NCBI GenBank assembly: GCA_016870615.1
Contig: VGAZ01000001.1
Coordinates: 6,481 to 70,480 of the forward strand
Direction: 5' to 3'
DNA: 64,000 nt
From: Actinomycetota bacterium
Lineage (GTDB): Bacteria; Actinomycetota; Humimicrobiia; Humimicrobiales; Humimicrobiaceae
In this document: positions 40,313-50,445 of the stretch, in pieces
Numbering within the stretch: position 1 is the first letter of the stretch
Layout of the letters: every line of letters begins with the position of its first letter
Program-made: the position numbers and the translations under genes
The notes under the pieces: generated by a model
The model's input: the letters and a program-made list of their open reading frames with translations, nothing else
The model's database searches: none
Told to the model about the DNA's origin: nothing

Positions 40313-42190
40313 TTAATAAGATCTGCCGGCTTTCCATTTCATAAGGCTTTTTGTGTCCATGGTATTAATTACATCATCTTTTTCAAGGCCTGAACGCCTT
40401 GCAACGTCTATACCAAGCTTTATCATGTCAAGATTATCAATTCTGTGAGAATCCGTATCAATTACAACTTTTCCGCCCATTTTTTTAAACTGCCTTACAT
40501 ATTCATCGTTTAAATCAAGCCGCAAAAGATATGAATTTATTTCAAGCGCCTTGCCATACCTGGCCGCAGCCTCAAAGATTTGGCCCATATCAAAAATGTA
40601 TGGCGCTCTTGAGCCAAATACTACTCCTGTTGGATGCGCTATTGCATCAACATGCCTGTTTTTAATTGCGCTTATTACTCTTGCGGTATTTTCATGCCGC
40701 GTATTTAAATAATTGGAATGCATGGAGCCAAGTACAAAATCAATTCCCTCCAGGATTTCGTCACTGTAGTCAAGCCTCCCGACTCCAGTTATGTCCACTT
40801 CAGCTCCAAGAAAGATGTGTGGGCTTTTTATATTCCCCCTGAGTTCTTCAATATATTTTATTTTTTCAAGCAGCCTTGCCTCATCAAGGCCGTTTCCATA
40901 AATATTGCTTACAGAATGATCAGTTATTGCAAAATACTCATATCCGTAATTTATGCATTTTTTGACCAGCTCACCTGTCTCTATTAAGCCATCGCTCCAG
41001 GGTGAATGTATGTGCAAATCCCCTTTGATATCGCCAGTATTTATAAGTTTGGGAAGATTGAAGTTATTTGAAAGGCCAATCTCACCATTATTTTCACGAA
41101 GCTCAGGCTCTATATATTGAATTTTTAGAAAATCATATATACTTTTGTCTGCATCATCAATATCTGCCAAATCCGCGTTATTAATATTATTTATATTTTT
41201 AATTATATCCTCAAAAATACCGGCATCACTTTTGATTCTTTTAGAATCCTTAAAAGTGGCAGGATAATTGCTTGAAGGCCGGGGGCCCGGCCCCCCTGTT
41301 TTTGCAGCAATCATATCTTTAACCGCTGCAACATGCTCTTTGCTGCCGGTTGTCGTAAATAAATCATAACTCCAGCCAGTCTGTGAGCTTATAATTATCT
41401 CAACTTCTATATTAAAAACAGTATCGTATCTTGCACTTATATTATCGTCCCTCTTTTCCATAGAGATGATTTTCCTGGCAAAACCCAGCTGTGCTATTTG
41501 CTTCAACAGTTTTTCACTTAGCGCAAAATCATATTCTTTATTATTAAATGCCGGCAGCAGCAGGATATCTATGTCTTTTATAAAAGATTTTTTACGCCGC
41601 AGGGATCCCGTAATCTGTATTTTTTTTATATCTTTTAGACTCAAAAGATGCGATTTTATATTTTCAATAAAGAATGCCACATATCCTGAAGGAAAAAGCG
41701 TTTTTGTGTTTTCATAATAATCAAGCGAATATATAAACCGCTCAATGTGTATTTTGTTTATTAATAAATCACCCGGCATGGGCGAATCAATTACCCGCTT
41801 GTATACGCTGCCATCAGAAACAGCTTCTTTCAAATCATTTATTGTTTTTGCCCCAAGAGCCTCATAAATATGGAATATGCGCCTTTTGCCAAGGCCGCTT
41901 ATCCTTATAAATTTAATAAGGTCTTCAGAATATTTTTCCTTCAAATCTTCATATTTCTTAATTTTCCCTGTTTTAAAATACTCTTCAATAAGGCTATAAG
42001 CATAAGGAGTTATCCCGGGAAGATTTTCTACAATTTTTTCAGAATAGGCCATGGCTATATCCCCGGTGTAATCCCTTATCGTCCTTGCAGCCTTTGTAAA
42101 ATCCATTACTTTATCAAAATTGCCGCCTTCTTTGTTTTTAAACATTTCAGCAAGGCTTGCAAAAATTGTAGATAGTGTATAATTTAACAT
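40313..42190 (-). CDS. polX: DNA polymerase X family protein with C-terminal PHP phosphoesterase domain
   Basis: Pol-beta-like palm motifs (GSLRRKKSFIKDIDILL) are followed by a PHP domain (DLHIHSPWSDG...AITDHS). Confidence 0.85.
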   Translation of the reverse strand: MLNYTLSTIFASLAEMFKNKEGGNFDKVMDFTKAARTIRDYTGDIAMAYSEKIVENLPGITPYAYSLIEEYFKTGKIKKYEDLKEKYSEDLIKFIRISGLGKRRIFHIYEALGAKTINDLKEAVSDGSVYKRVIDSPMPGDLLINKIHIERFIYSLDYYENTKTLFPSGYVAFFIENIKSHLLSLKDIKKIQITGSLRRKKSFIKDIDILLLPAFNNKEYDFALSEKLLKQIAQLGFARKIISMEKRDDNISARYDTVFNIEVEIIISSQTGWSYDLFTTTGSKEHVAAVKDMIAAKTGGPGPRPSSNYPATFKDSKRIKSDAGIFEDIIKNINNINNADLADIDDADKSIYDFLKIQYIEPELRENNGEIGLSNNFNLPKLINTGDIKGDLHIHSPWSDGLIETGELVKKCINYGYEYFAITDHSVSNIYGNGLDEARLLEKIKYIEELRGNIKSPHIFLGAEVDITGVGRLDYSDEILEGIDFVLGSMHSNYLNTRHENTARVISAIKNRHVDAIAHPTGVVFGSRAPYIFDMGQIFEAAARYGKALEINSYLLRLDLNDEYVRQFKKMGGKVVIDTDSHRIDNLDMIKLGIDVARRSGLEKDDVINTMDTKSLMKWKAGRSY

Positions 42191-42383
42191 AATAGAAAAT
42201 CCTGAAAAATAAAACTAATATAATGTTTCAAGATACAACAGGCAAAAATCTTTAAAACCCGGTTTAGCCTGGATTTTTTAAACACAAAGATAGAAAATTA
42301 TATCATAATCTACAAAAATTTATTGAAGGATATGGTTAAAAAATATAAATTATATTCAGGAAAGGACAAGTACTATAAATAAT

Positions 42384-43037
42384 ATGCAAAACAGTGAAGA
42401 AAAAGACAATTATTTACTTGCCCGACAGAATATGGTTTCTGGCCAGATTATTGCAAGAGGCATTAAAGATGAAAAAGTCATATCTGCAATGCGCAAGGTA
42501 AGGCGCCAGGAATATACTGATGAAGAGATGAGGCAATTTGCCTATGAGGACAGGCCCCTGCCAATCGGCCAGGGACAGACAATATCACAGCCTTATATTG
42601 TTGCATTGATGACAGAGCTTCTTTGCCTTAAAGGGGATGAAAAAGTCCTTGAAATAGGCACAGGTTCCGGTTACCAGACAGCAATAATTGCAGAAATAGC
42701 AGCAGAAGTTTACAGTATTGAAATAATTAAGCCGCTTTATGAGCGTGCAAAAAAAGCCCTTTCAAAATACAATAATATACATTTAAAAAATGATGACGGT
42801 TATAACGGATGGCTCCAGTACAGCCCCTATGACCGCATCATTGCAACCGCTGCCCCCGAGAAAATACCAAAGCCCTTAACAGAGCAGCTAAAAGACGGAG
42901 GCATAATGGTGCTGCCTTGCGGCCCTTCAGGTTTTAGCCAGGTATTATATAAAATAGTTAAAAAAGGCAAAGACTCCATTACAGAGCGTGTATGCGATGT
43001 AGCATTTGTTCCTTTTACTAGAAATATGAGGAAATAG
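42384..43037 (+). CDS. pcm: protein-L-isoaspartate O-methyltransferase
   Basis: It has the SAM motif LEIGTGSGYQTAIIAEI and PCMT-family blocks (TISQPYIVALM, RIIATAAPEKIP). Confidence 0.85.
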   Translation: MQNSEEKDNYLLARQNMVSGQIIARGIKDEKVISAMRKVRRQEYTDEEMRQFAYEDRPLPIGQGQTISQPYIVALMTELLCLKGDEKVLEIGTGSGYQTAIIAEIAAEVYSIEIIKPLYERAKKALSKYNNIHLKNDDGYNGWLQYSPYDRIIATAAPEKIPKPLTEQLKDGGIMVLPCGPSGFSQVLYKIVKKGKDSITERVCDVAFVPFTRNMRK

Positions 43038-43044
43038 TCGTAAT

Positions 43045-44157
43045 ATGAAAACAGCAACTGTAAATCTCCCGCTTCACGGCGGAAAAGCCCCTTACTGGCT
43101 ATTTTGGCGGATGATGCGTCTTTCCAGGCATATACTTATACTTATGGCAGAAGATAAAGGTCCCGCAGAAATAATGAGGAGATTATCAGATCCTTTATGG
43201 TTCCAGGCGCTAGGGTGCGTTCTGGGATTTGACTGGCATTCAAGCGGAGTTACCACAACTGTTTGCGGTGCGCTTAAAGAGGCATCAAAAGGCATAGAGA
43301 AATATACCGGGCTTTATGTGGCCGGCGGCAAAGGCGGCACAAGCAGGAAAACCCCTTTAGAAATACAGGCCGTGCAGGAAAAGTCGGGCAATGATCTTTC
43401 AAATCTTGTTTACAGCAGCAGGATGTCAGCCAAGGTTGACAGCAATGCCCTGCAGGACGGATACCAGCTTTATCATCACAGCTTCTTTTTCACGCCTGAC
43501 GGAAAAAACTGGGCAGTGGTGCAGCAGGGAATGAATGAAAACAACAGGATGGCAAGGCGATACCACTGGAACAGTGAGATATTTTCTGATTTTGTTTGCC
43601 GGCCTCACAGCGCTGTATGCTGCAACAGTACTTCAGAAGTATTAAACCTTGTGGACAGCAGCAGTAGCTGCTGCAGAAATACAATATCTGAGCTTGCTTG
43701 CAGCAAACCCGCACAGGTATTAAAAGATTTTAAACTGCTGCAGGCGTTTGAAGAAAAACACAAAACCCCATTGCAGGTTAAAGAAATAACTTATCCAAAA
43801 AGGCATGACATAAGGCTTTCTGATATGAACACAAACAGGCTGGAAAAAATACTTTTATCATCTTATGAGAAAAAACCCCAGAACTTTGAAAAACTTCTTG
43901 CCATACAGGGGGTGGGGCCAAAAACAATAAGGGCCCTTGCAATGATTTCACAGCTTATATATGGCGTTAAGTACAGCACTGCCGACCCGGTTAAATACAG
44001 TTTTGCGCACGGAGGAAAGGACGGTATTCCCTATCCTGTTGACAGGCAAAATTATGACAGGTCAATAGATATACTGGAAAGAGCGGTAAAATCATCAGGC
44101 ATGCAAAAATCAGAAAAAATCAGCGCTTTAAAAAGGCTTGCATATTTTTACGGTTAA
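43045..44157 (+). CDS. DUF763 (COG1415) family protein
   Basis: The N-terminal LPLHGGKAPYWLFWRM segment is recognised from memory as the DUF763 signature, so confidence is moderate. The start is 8 nt after the pcm stop. Confidence 0.5.
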   Translation: MKTATVNLPLHGGKAPYWLFWRMMRLSRHILILMAEDKGPAEIMRRLSDPLWFQALGCVLGFDWHSSGVTTTVCGALKEASKGIEKYTGLYVAGGKGGTSRKTPLEIQAVQEKSGNDLSNLVYSSRMSAKVDSNALQDGYQLYHHSFFFTPDGKNWAVVQQGMNENNRMARRYHWNSEIFSDFVCRPHSAVCCNSTSEVLNLVDSSSSCCRNTISELACSKPAQVLKDFKLLQAFEEKHKTPLQVKEITYPKRHDIRLSDMNTNRLEKILLSSYEKKPQNFEKLLAIQGVGPKTIRALAMISQLIYGVKYSTADPVKYSFAHGGKDGIPYPVDRQNYDRSIDILERAVKSSGMQKSEKISALKRLAYFYG

Positions 44158-44438
44158 CCAGCTCCGCCATTTTACATATATGTCATTTCTACCCTTATAT
44201 AAAAACATAAACTGGTTTAATTATTCTTCACTTATATTTAACATTTTTTCAATCTTAACTGTAAGTACATCTCATTTAGATAAAGAGGAATTTACAAAAA
44301 AAGAAAAATAATTTACTGGAAGACTCCATGAATAATTTTTTATCACAGTTATAATTTTTTTCTCTTATATTATTGCTATTTATTATGCAGTGATCCATTT
44401 TTCTGGACTTTATATCAGTAAATACTAAAATTACTAAT

Positions 44439-45434
44439 ATGAATAGCAAAGAAAAACTTAATAAAGTAAATAAAAGAAATAAAACATGCCAAGAAAATAA
44501 ACCGGCAGTAAAGCACCACAACAGGTTTAAACAACTGGCATATTTTGCAGCTTTTAAAGCCAGGAGCAGGTTAAATAAAAATTACAGAAAGCCGCTTCTC
44601 TGCAGTTTTAAGCTTACTGGAAACTGCAACCTTAAGTGCCTGCACTGTCCTTTCTGGAAAAAAGAAAAACCTGCCGATATGAATTATTTTGAAGTAACCA
44701 GCATACTTGATATGCTTCATTTAGATGGTGTCAGGATAGTTATTTTTGAAGGCGGTGAGCCACTCCTCTGGAAGGATAGGGAAAACAATAAAGATATTGG
44801 CAATATAATAAGCTATGCGCAAAAGCTATTTTTCTGTACTGGTGTTACAACTAACGGCACTCTCGACCTTGGGCGGTTTTTACCGGATATCTTTTTTATA
44901 AGCGTAGACGGGCTGGAAGATACACATGACAGGATAAGGGGTAAAAGCTTTAAAAAGATTATTGAAAATCTTGAAAAGAATATCAAATCAAAAAAAATAA
45001 TTACCAATATCTGCATATCAAAAGCTAATTACAATGAGATTGAAGAAGTCATTAAATTCTTAAATGACAGAGTATATGGAATCACTATTCAGTTTTTTTA
45101 CCCTTATGAAGGCCTTGATGATTTAAGGCTTACAAATAATGCCAAAGATGAAGTACTGAAAAAATTGCTTGGCTTAAAAAAGCAGGGGTATAAAATCCTT
45201 GACAGCGCATCATGCTTAAAAAGAATGGCCCATAATACCTGGCGGTGCAGTGACTTTCTTGTATCAAGCGTTGAGCAGGACGGTACAGTAAGTTACGGCT
45301 GTTACCTGAAAAATAAAGTTGAAAATGTTATTTGCAGCGAATGCGGTTTTGCTGTCCATTGCGAAATATCCCTTGCATATAACCTGGATATCGATGCACT
45401 TAAAACCGCAAAAGGCATTTTCTGGGACCGCTAA
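44439..45434 (+). CDS. radical SAM protein with C-terminal Cys-rich (SPASM/twitch-like) region
   Basis: It has a CNLKCLHCPF radical SAM triad with a GGEPLL glycine-rich SAM motif, and C-terminal cysteines (WRCSDF...YGCY...CSECGFAVHC). Confidence 0.6.
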   Translation: MNSKEKLNKVNKRNKTCQENKPAVKHHNRFKQLAYFAAFKARSRLNKNYRKPLLCSFKLTGNCNLKCLHCPFWKKEKPADMNYFEVTSILDMLHLDGVRIVIFEGGEPLLWKDRENNKDIGNIISYAQKLFFCTGVTTNGTLDLGRFLPDIFFISVDGLEDTHDRIRGKSFKKIIENLEKNIKSKKIITNICISKANYNEIEEVIKFLNDRVYGITIQFFYPYEGLDDLRLTNNAKDEVLKKLLGLKKQGYKILDSASCLKRMAHNTWRCSDFLVSSVEQDGTVSYGCYLKNKVENVICSECGFAVHCEISLAYNLDIDALKTAKGIFWDR

Positions 45435-45440
45435 AAAAAT

Positions 45441-45848
45441 GATGCTATAAGCGAAGTTTCACTTGAAGAGGAATTAAATAGCAGAAGTTCTGCAAGACAA
45501 TACAGCCCATTAGACCTGGAACTGGAAGATATAAGCCAGCTTTTATGGGCAGCGCAGAGTGTAACTGAAAAATCTGCAAGCATCATTAAAGCACCCTTGC
45601 TGCCTGGCCAATACCCCAGGCACCTGCTGGTTTCTTGTGCGGCAGTAATTTACCACAGTGGCGCTCATATCAGAAGAAAGTTGTGTAAAAACATCATCAT
45701 ACACATCAACAAAACAAGAAAAAGGCTTAGACTCTGGGTAAAGGCTGCCAATATCTTTCCAGCCAAAATCCGGCTCCTTCCGGCTTTGCCATTTATATAT
45801 GCACTGCTGCATTACCCACAATCCAGCAATAATCCTGAACTGCCATAA
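45441..45848 (+). pseudogene. truncated or frameshifted nitroreductase / SagB-type dehydrogenase family remnant
   Basis: The in-frame translation ELNSRSSARQYSPLDLELEDISQLLWAAQSVTEKSASIIKAPLLPGQYP matches the N-terminal signature of nitroreductase-fold proteins. There is no in-frame ATG (ATGATG lies in another frame). The similarity then decays and the ORF stops about 135 codons in. Confidence 0.35.
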
Positions 45849-45856
45849 TAATGCCC

Positions 45857-46495
45857 TTATCGTTTTACCGCTTCAACAAATTTTTTAGCAGCAGCTGATG
45901 CATCCGGAGCATATATTTCTATACCATACATGTCAGCAAAATGCTGTGTAACAGGGGCCCCGCCTACTGCAAGGGCAACTTTGTCCCTGAGCCCTGCATC
46001 CTCTATAGCCTTTATATGGGCAGGAATGTTGGCAAGAGTTGTTGTTAAAAGGCCTGAAAATGCAACAATGTCGGGGCTGTTTTCTTTTATTGCAGTTACA
46101 AAAGTTTCATAATCAACATCTATGCCAAGATCTATTACCTTAAAACCCTGCCCCTCTGCCATTGTTATAACAAGGTTTTTGCCTATATCATGAAGGTCGC
46201 CTTTTACAGTGCCTATTAAAAGCGTTCCTTTTTCTGAAATATGTTCTGAGCCTTTAAGAAGCGGCTTTATATAATCCATTGCTGTTTTCATTGCCTTTGC
46301 AGCAAGAAGCATATCAGGCATGTATAGCTCGCCTGAACCGAATTTATCCCCCACCTCTATCATTGCAGCAGAAAGGGCATTGTTTATAATATCATCAAGA
46401 GGCTGGCCTTTATCTATTGCATCCTTAACAAGCCCCTGCATGTCTTTATAATTACCTGCAACTACTGCATCGTAAATTTCCTTCAATTCTGACAT
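45857..46495 (-). CDS. methyltransferase cognate corrinoid protein (B12-binding)
   Basis: An N-terminal B12-binding-2 helical cap is followed by a Rossmann B12 domain with the DxHxxG motif (GDLHDIGKN). Confidence 0.85.
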   Translation of the reverse strand: MSELKEIYDAVVAGNYKDMQGLVKDAIDKGQPLDDIINNALSAAMIEVGDKFGSGELYMPDMLLAAKAMKTAMDYIKPLLKGSEHISEKGTLLIGTVKGDLHDIGKNLVITMAEGQGFKVIDLGIDVDYETFVTAIKENSPDIVAFSGLLTTTLANIPAHIKAIEDAGLRDKVALAVGGAPVTQHFADMYGIEIYAPDASAAAKKFVEAVKR

Positions 46496-46539
46496 TTATC
46501 TCTCCTTTACTTTTATTAATTGCAAAGATTATTAATTTT

Positions 46540-47643
46540 TTAATATGCTCCGTATTTATGTATTGCATTTATATATGCAATTACATTTTCATGCGGTATG
46601 TAATTCACTACTGAGTGGGAAACAGTTGCAACATAACCGTAACCCGGTTTTAAAACTTCCATGTGAGCCTTTACATCTGCATCAACGTCTTCAGGTGTGC
46701 CTTTTGACAATGGAAACTCTATATCAACATTGCCTGAAAGGCAGAGCCTGCTTCCATATCTTTTTTTATACTCAACATAATCAACTCCATAGGGATCCAT
46801 TGGATTAAGGCAGTCAAGGCCTATTTCTATAAGGTCCTCTACTATATCATCTATCCTGCCGTCGGAATGAAACATTATTGGTATTCCTGCATTTAAAGCA
46901 GGCTCAAAAACACGGGCCATTCTTTTTACCCACATTTCCTTAAATATTTTAGGAGGTATAAAAAGACCGGTTTTAAAAGCAACATCATCAGCTGGAAATA
47001 CAAAATCCACACCCGCATCAACAAGTGCTTTAGTTAGGTTTACAAAATGCTCGCATGATACTTCAAGCATATCCTCAACAAGTTCCCTGTCCTCGTATAC
47101 CATCATCATAAAATCATTCATGCCTACAACAAATTCATAAGGAGTTTGCAGCATGCATCCATAAAGCGCAGATACGCCGATTTTTGAATTTCTTTTGTTT
47201 ATAGCATCTTTATATTCCTTAACATACCCTGCGGCACTATTTATGCTATTCTCCGAATCAAGCACCAGTGCGTCAAAATCCTTCCTTGTCTTTACTGACC
47301 TGTCATAAGCAGGTACAAGCTCACCCTTTTCATTATATTTTTTAAAGGGAGTCCAGATGCCCCCGTCAAACATCATTGCGTCCTGGCCCACAATATTGCA
47401 CAAATCTATGAAATCATCAGGAAACATGGGCCTGCCCTGTTCTGCATCCGCGCCTTTGGCAGGATCCCCGCCATATGATAAAGTATTTCCTGCAAACCTG
47501 CCAAGCAGCTTTTCAACATGCTGGTCCTCATAAAGGACTTCAAAATTTGGAACCCTGTCAACAGGCTTTCTCTTAAACGCTGCCAAAAGTCTTTCCTTGT
47601 CCGGTCCGCCTTTAAAGGGTTCTATTGTTTTTGTGTTTATCAT
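46540..47643 (-). CDS. uroporphyrinogen decarboxylase (UroD/MtaA/CmuA) family methyltransferase
   Basis: It is 367 aa with a UroD-fold TIM barrel (N-terminal VDRVP, C-terminal FHSDGRI...LNPMDP). It lies beside a corrinoid protein. Confidence 0.7.
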   Translation of the reverse strand: MINTKTIEPFKGGPDKERLLAAFKRKPVDRVPNFEVLYEDQHVEKLLGRFAGNTLSYGGDPAKGADAEQGRPMFPDDFIDLCNIVGQDAMMFDGGIWTPFKKYNEKGELVPAYDRSVKTRKDFDALVLDSENSINSAAGYVKEYKDAINKRNSKIGVSALYGCMLQTPYEFVVGMNDFMMMVYEDRELVEDMLEVSCEHFVNLTKALVDAGVDFVFPADDVAFKTGLFIPPKIFKEMWVKRMARVFEPALNAGIPIMFHSDGRIDDIVEDLIEIGLDCLNPMDPYGVDYVEYKKRYGSRLCLSGNVDIEFPLSKGTPEDVDADVKAHMEVLKPGYGYVATVSHSVVNYIPHENVIAYINAIHKYGAY

Positions 47644-47802
47644 TTTTACAAACCTCCGTAACTGCCTGTTATAGTATTAGAAAAGATGAGTTAAATAATA
47701 TTTTTATTATATGCAATTTATAGCAGATATGCAATAAATCATGCTAATTTTGCAATAAATTTTTACTGCATACCCGTTTGATAATGAACGCGGCCATAAA
47801 AA

Positions 47803-48123
47803 TCAATCCAGGTGAAACACCTCTTCGAGCATCTCTATTTCAGGGCCCAGCGTATTTTTATCTTCCTTGATAAAGTATTTTTCCATATGCTCCTGCCACT
47901 TTTTATTGAGCTGTGTGCTGCTTATCTTTTCCATGGAAGCGTTAAAGTCATCAGCTTCAAGATATGCAAAAAGAGTGCCGTCCCCGCGGAAATATATTGA
48001 ATAATTTCTAATGCCTGAATCACTTATTACTTTTGCAAACTCGGGCCATATCTGGTCATGTGCCTTTTTATATTCAGCCTTAAGCTCAGGTTTGATTTTA
48101 AAAACAAATGCCGCCCTTGCCAT
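47803..48123 (-). CDS. rhaM: L-rhamnose mutarotase
   Basis: It is collinear with E. coli RhaM as I recall it (AAFVFKIKP, HDQIWPEF, NYSIYF, EEVFHL). Confidence 0.85.
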   Translation of the reverse strand: MARAAFVFKIKPELKAEYKKAHDQIWPEFAKVISDSGIRNYSIYFRGDGTLFAYLEADDFNASMEKISSTQLNKKWQEHMEKYFIKEDKNTLGPEIEMLEEVFHLD

Positions 48124-48182
48124 TAACGCAACCTCCTAAATAGAAATATTTGACTATATTTAAACCGGTAAATGCCCCAACT

Positions 48183-49163
48183 TTATTTGAAAATAAGATC
48201 TGTTATAAGATCCATATTATCTGCAAACCTGTATCCTTTGATGTTTTCGTCGATTATCTTCTCATTTTTAAGAAGCTTTGATGCAAGGTCCTGGAATTTG
48301 TGCGTCAGTTTTACTCCAAGAGCAAGGGATTTTGCCCTGTCATCCCTTGGGGCTATTATATCTATCGCGCACCAGCCATCATAATTTGTTTTATTAAGAT
48401 AATAATAAAATTCTAGTATTTCCCAGAAATTTACAGTCCCGAAAATCATGTCTGGGTCTGCATCCTTGTAATTTTCATTGATATGTATCTGGTAAAGCTT
48501 TCCCCAGTAATCAAGAAGCGCAACAGACTCCCCTATGCCTTCTGCTGCAACAAGAGCATGGCCGATATCAAGGGCGCATCCGACATTATCAAGCCCGACA
48601 TCGTGAATAAACGCCATTGCTTTTCCTGTGTCCCCTATATACTGTTTCTGCCTCGGATCCTTAAGCTTTGCCTCAATGGCAATTTTCATATCCTTTGCAT
48701 ATTCGCCTATTTCCCTTACAGTTTCAACCAAATATTTCCAGCCCTGCACATAATTAACCTGGAAAACATAATCATAACCGTCATGCGCGGGCCACAGAAG
48801 CACACTTTGCGCATTTACCGCTTTTGCAAAATCAATGGCCTCCTTAAACAGCTTTACAGCTTCTTTCCTTATTTTTTGATCATTGGCGCAGAAAGAGCCA
48901 TGCCTCCATTTCCTGTCAGCAAAACATTCTACTGCCACATTTGAGACCTTAAGACCGTAATCGCCTATTTTTTTAACCAGCTTATCTGGGTCATTTGGAA
49001 GAGGAGCTGTTGGATAAAAAGTAAACAAACCGTCAAGCCCCTTTATTTTGGACATAATTTCAAGCTGCTGTTCCACACTCATTTCGTCATAATAACCCCC
49101 GGGAACATATCTTTCAGCATAGGTACCAAGACACCATAGATGCGCATCCACATTCAGTTTCAT
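48183..49163 (-). CDS. sugar phosphate isomerase/epimerase (xylose isomerase-like TIM barrel) family protein
   Basis: It has an AP-endonuclease-2/XI-like TIM barrel pattern (VLLWPAHDGYDY, ALDIGHALVAAEG, YQIHINENY). Confidence 0.6.
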   Translation of the reverse strand: MKLNVDAHLWCLGTYAERYVPGGYYDEMSVEQQLEIMSKIKGLDGLFTFYPTAPLPNDPDKLVKKIGDYGLKVSNVAVECFADRKWRHGSFCANDQKIRKEAVKLFKEAIDFAKAVNAQSVLLWPAHDGYDYVFQVNYVQGWKYLVETVREIGEYAKDMKIAIEAKLKDPRQKQYIGDTGKAMAFIHDVGLDNVGCALDIGHALVAAEGIGESVALLDYWGKLYQIHINENYKDADPDMIFGTVNFWEILEFYYYLNKTNYDGWCAIDIIAPRDDRAKSLALGVKLTHKFQDLASKLLKNEKIIDENIKGYRFADNMDLITDLIFK

Positions 49164-49238
49164 AACTATTGCCTCCAGTCATTAAGTAAATAATAAATCA
49201 ATAATCTCTATGGTATTTTTTACCATAGAGGCGGTAAT

Positions 49239-50423
49239 TTATGCCTTTTTATTTAAACCATCAATTATTTTATTAAGGGCATTCCTGTAATAGGTAAAAT
49301 TATCCCATGTGCAGTCCTGTGACACAAAATGGTCTATATGCGGGATATATCTTCCCTTTTTTAAAAGCTCTGCAGCTATTGAAAGCTCCGCGTCTATTTT
49401 TGCCCTGGTGGAGCCTTCAAAAAGCACGCGCTTATCTATTCCACCCATGAGCTGGAAATCCGGGAAATTTTTCCTTATGCGCAGCATATCATTTCCGGCA
49501 GCCCTTTCAAAAGGATACATTCCTGTAACGCCTGTCTCAACAATTAAGGGGATAAGGTCCTCAACATAGCCGTCGCTGTCTGTAAGGATTATGTCAATAC
49601 CTGCCTCTTTTGCAAAATTGACAATTTTTTTATAGCGGGGCCTTAAAAATTCCCTGAAATGAGCAGGCGATATAAGGGAGCCTCCCTTGCCTGCCATATC
49701 CTCCCATATAAGTATGCAGTCCACTTTAACATCATTTACTATTGCACCGTAATACTCCAGAAGGAAATTACAAAATGTTTCGCATATATCATGAATGAGT
49801 TCAGGGTCATCATACATTACCATCATATAATCAGTAAGCCCCATTATCTGCCTTGGAAAGCCTAAAAAACCGCCGTTTGTTCCTCCAAGGCGTATGGGAA
49901 AATCCCTGTCCTTTAGCCTTGCGGCAAGGTTATCCCAGTCTGGCGGAAGCCGTTTCTTTATTGTATTGCTGCTGTAATGCTGTTTATACTCCTGCCAGCT
50001 TTTTTTGTCTTTTACCGGGTGGGCAAGCTCCATTGGAAGTGATGTTATATGTATGTCGTTTTTTAATGTGACGCCGTATTCGTCTTTATATATTATATGG
50101 GTATCAGTTTTGTCGATTTCTTCTATTTTAAACATGGGGCTGTAGTCCACCGGAAATTTTGTAAGATACTGGTCAAGCCCAAACACCGGCTGCACATTGA
50201 CATCGCCTGCTTTTTCCATATCAGCATAAATATTCTTATTTGCCATTATTGCTATGCCGTCAGATATTTTATCAGGCACAGGCTCTATCATTTTAAGGCC
50301 CTGGTCAAACCACCGCCTGATGGTGCCTGCCCAGTAACCAAATTCCACCATGGGGACCTGGACACCGCTATAGTCACCATCTGCCATGCGCATTACAGAT
50401 AAAAATTTTTCTCTTGAGTTCAT
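49239..50423 (-). CDS. UroD/MtaA-family methyltransferase (paralog 2)
   Basis: It is a paralog of 55354..56628 (EFGYWAGT, CILIWEDMAGKGGSLISP, ILTDSDG). The start is trimmed to MNSREKF by analogy with the paralog's MDTREKF; the listed ORF extends to 50483. Confidence 0.65.
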   Translation of the reverse strand: MNSREKFLSVMRMADGDYSGVQVPMVEFGYWAGTIRRWFDQGLKMIEPVPDKISDGIAIMANKNIYADMEKAGDVNVQPVFGLDQYLTKFPVDYSPMFKIEEIDKTDTHIIYKDEYGVTLKNDIHITSLPMELAHPVKDKKSWQEYKQHYSSNTIKKRLPPDWDNLAARLKDRDFPIRLGGTNGGFLGFPRQIMGLTDYMMVMYDDPELIHDICETFCNFLLEYYGAIVNDVKVDCILIWEDMAGKGGSLISPAHFREFLRPRYKKIVNFAKEAGIDIILTDSDGYVEDLIPLIVETGVTGMYPFERAAGNDMLRIRKNFPDFQLMGGIDKRVLFEGSTRAKIDAELSIAAELLKKGRYIPHIDHFVSQDCTWDNFTYYRNALNKIIDGLNKKA

Positions 50424-50445
50424 AATCATTATTAATCTAATTATA

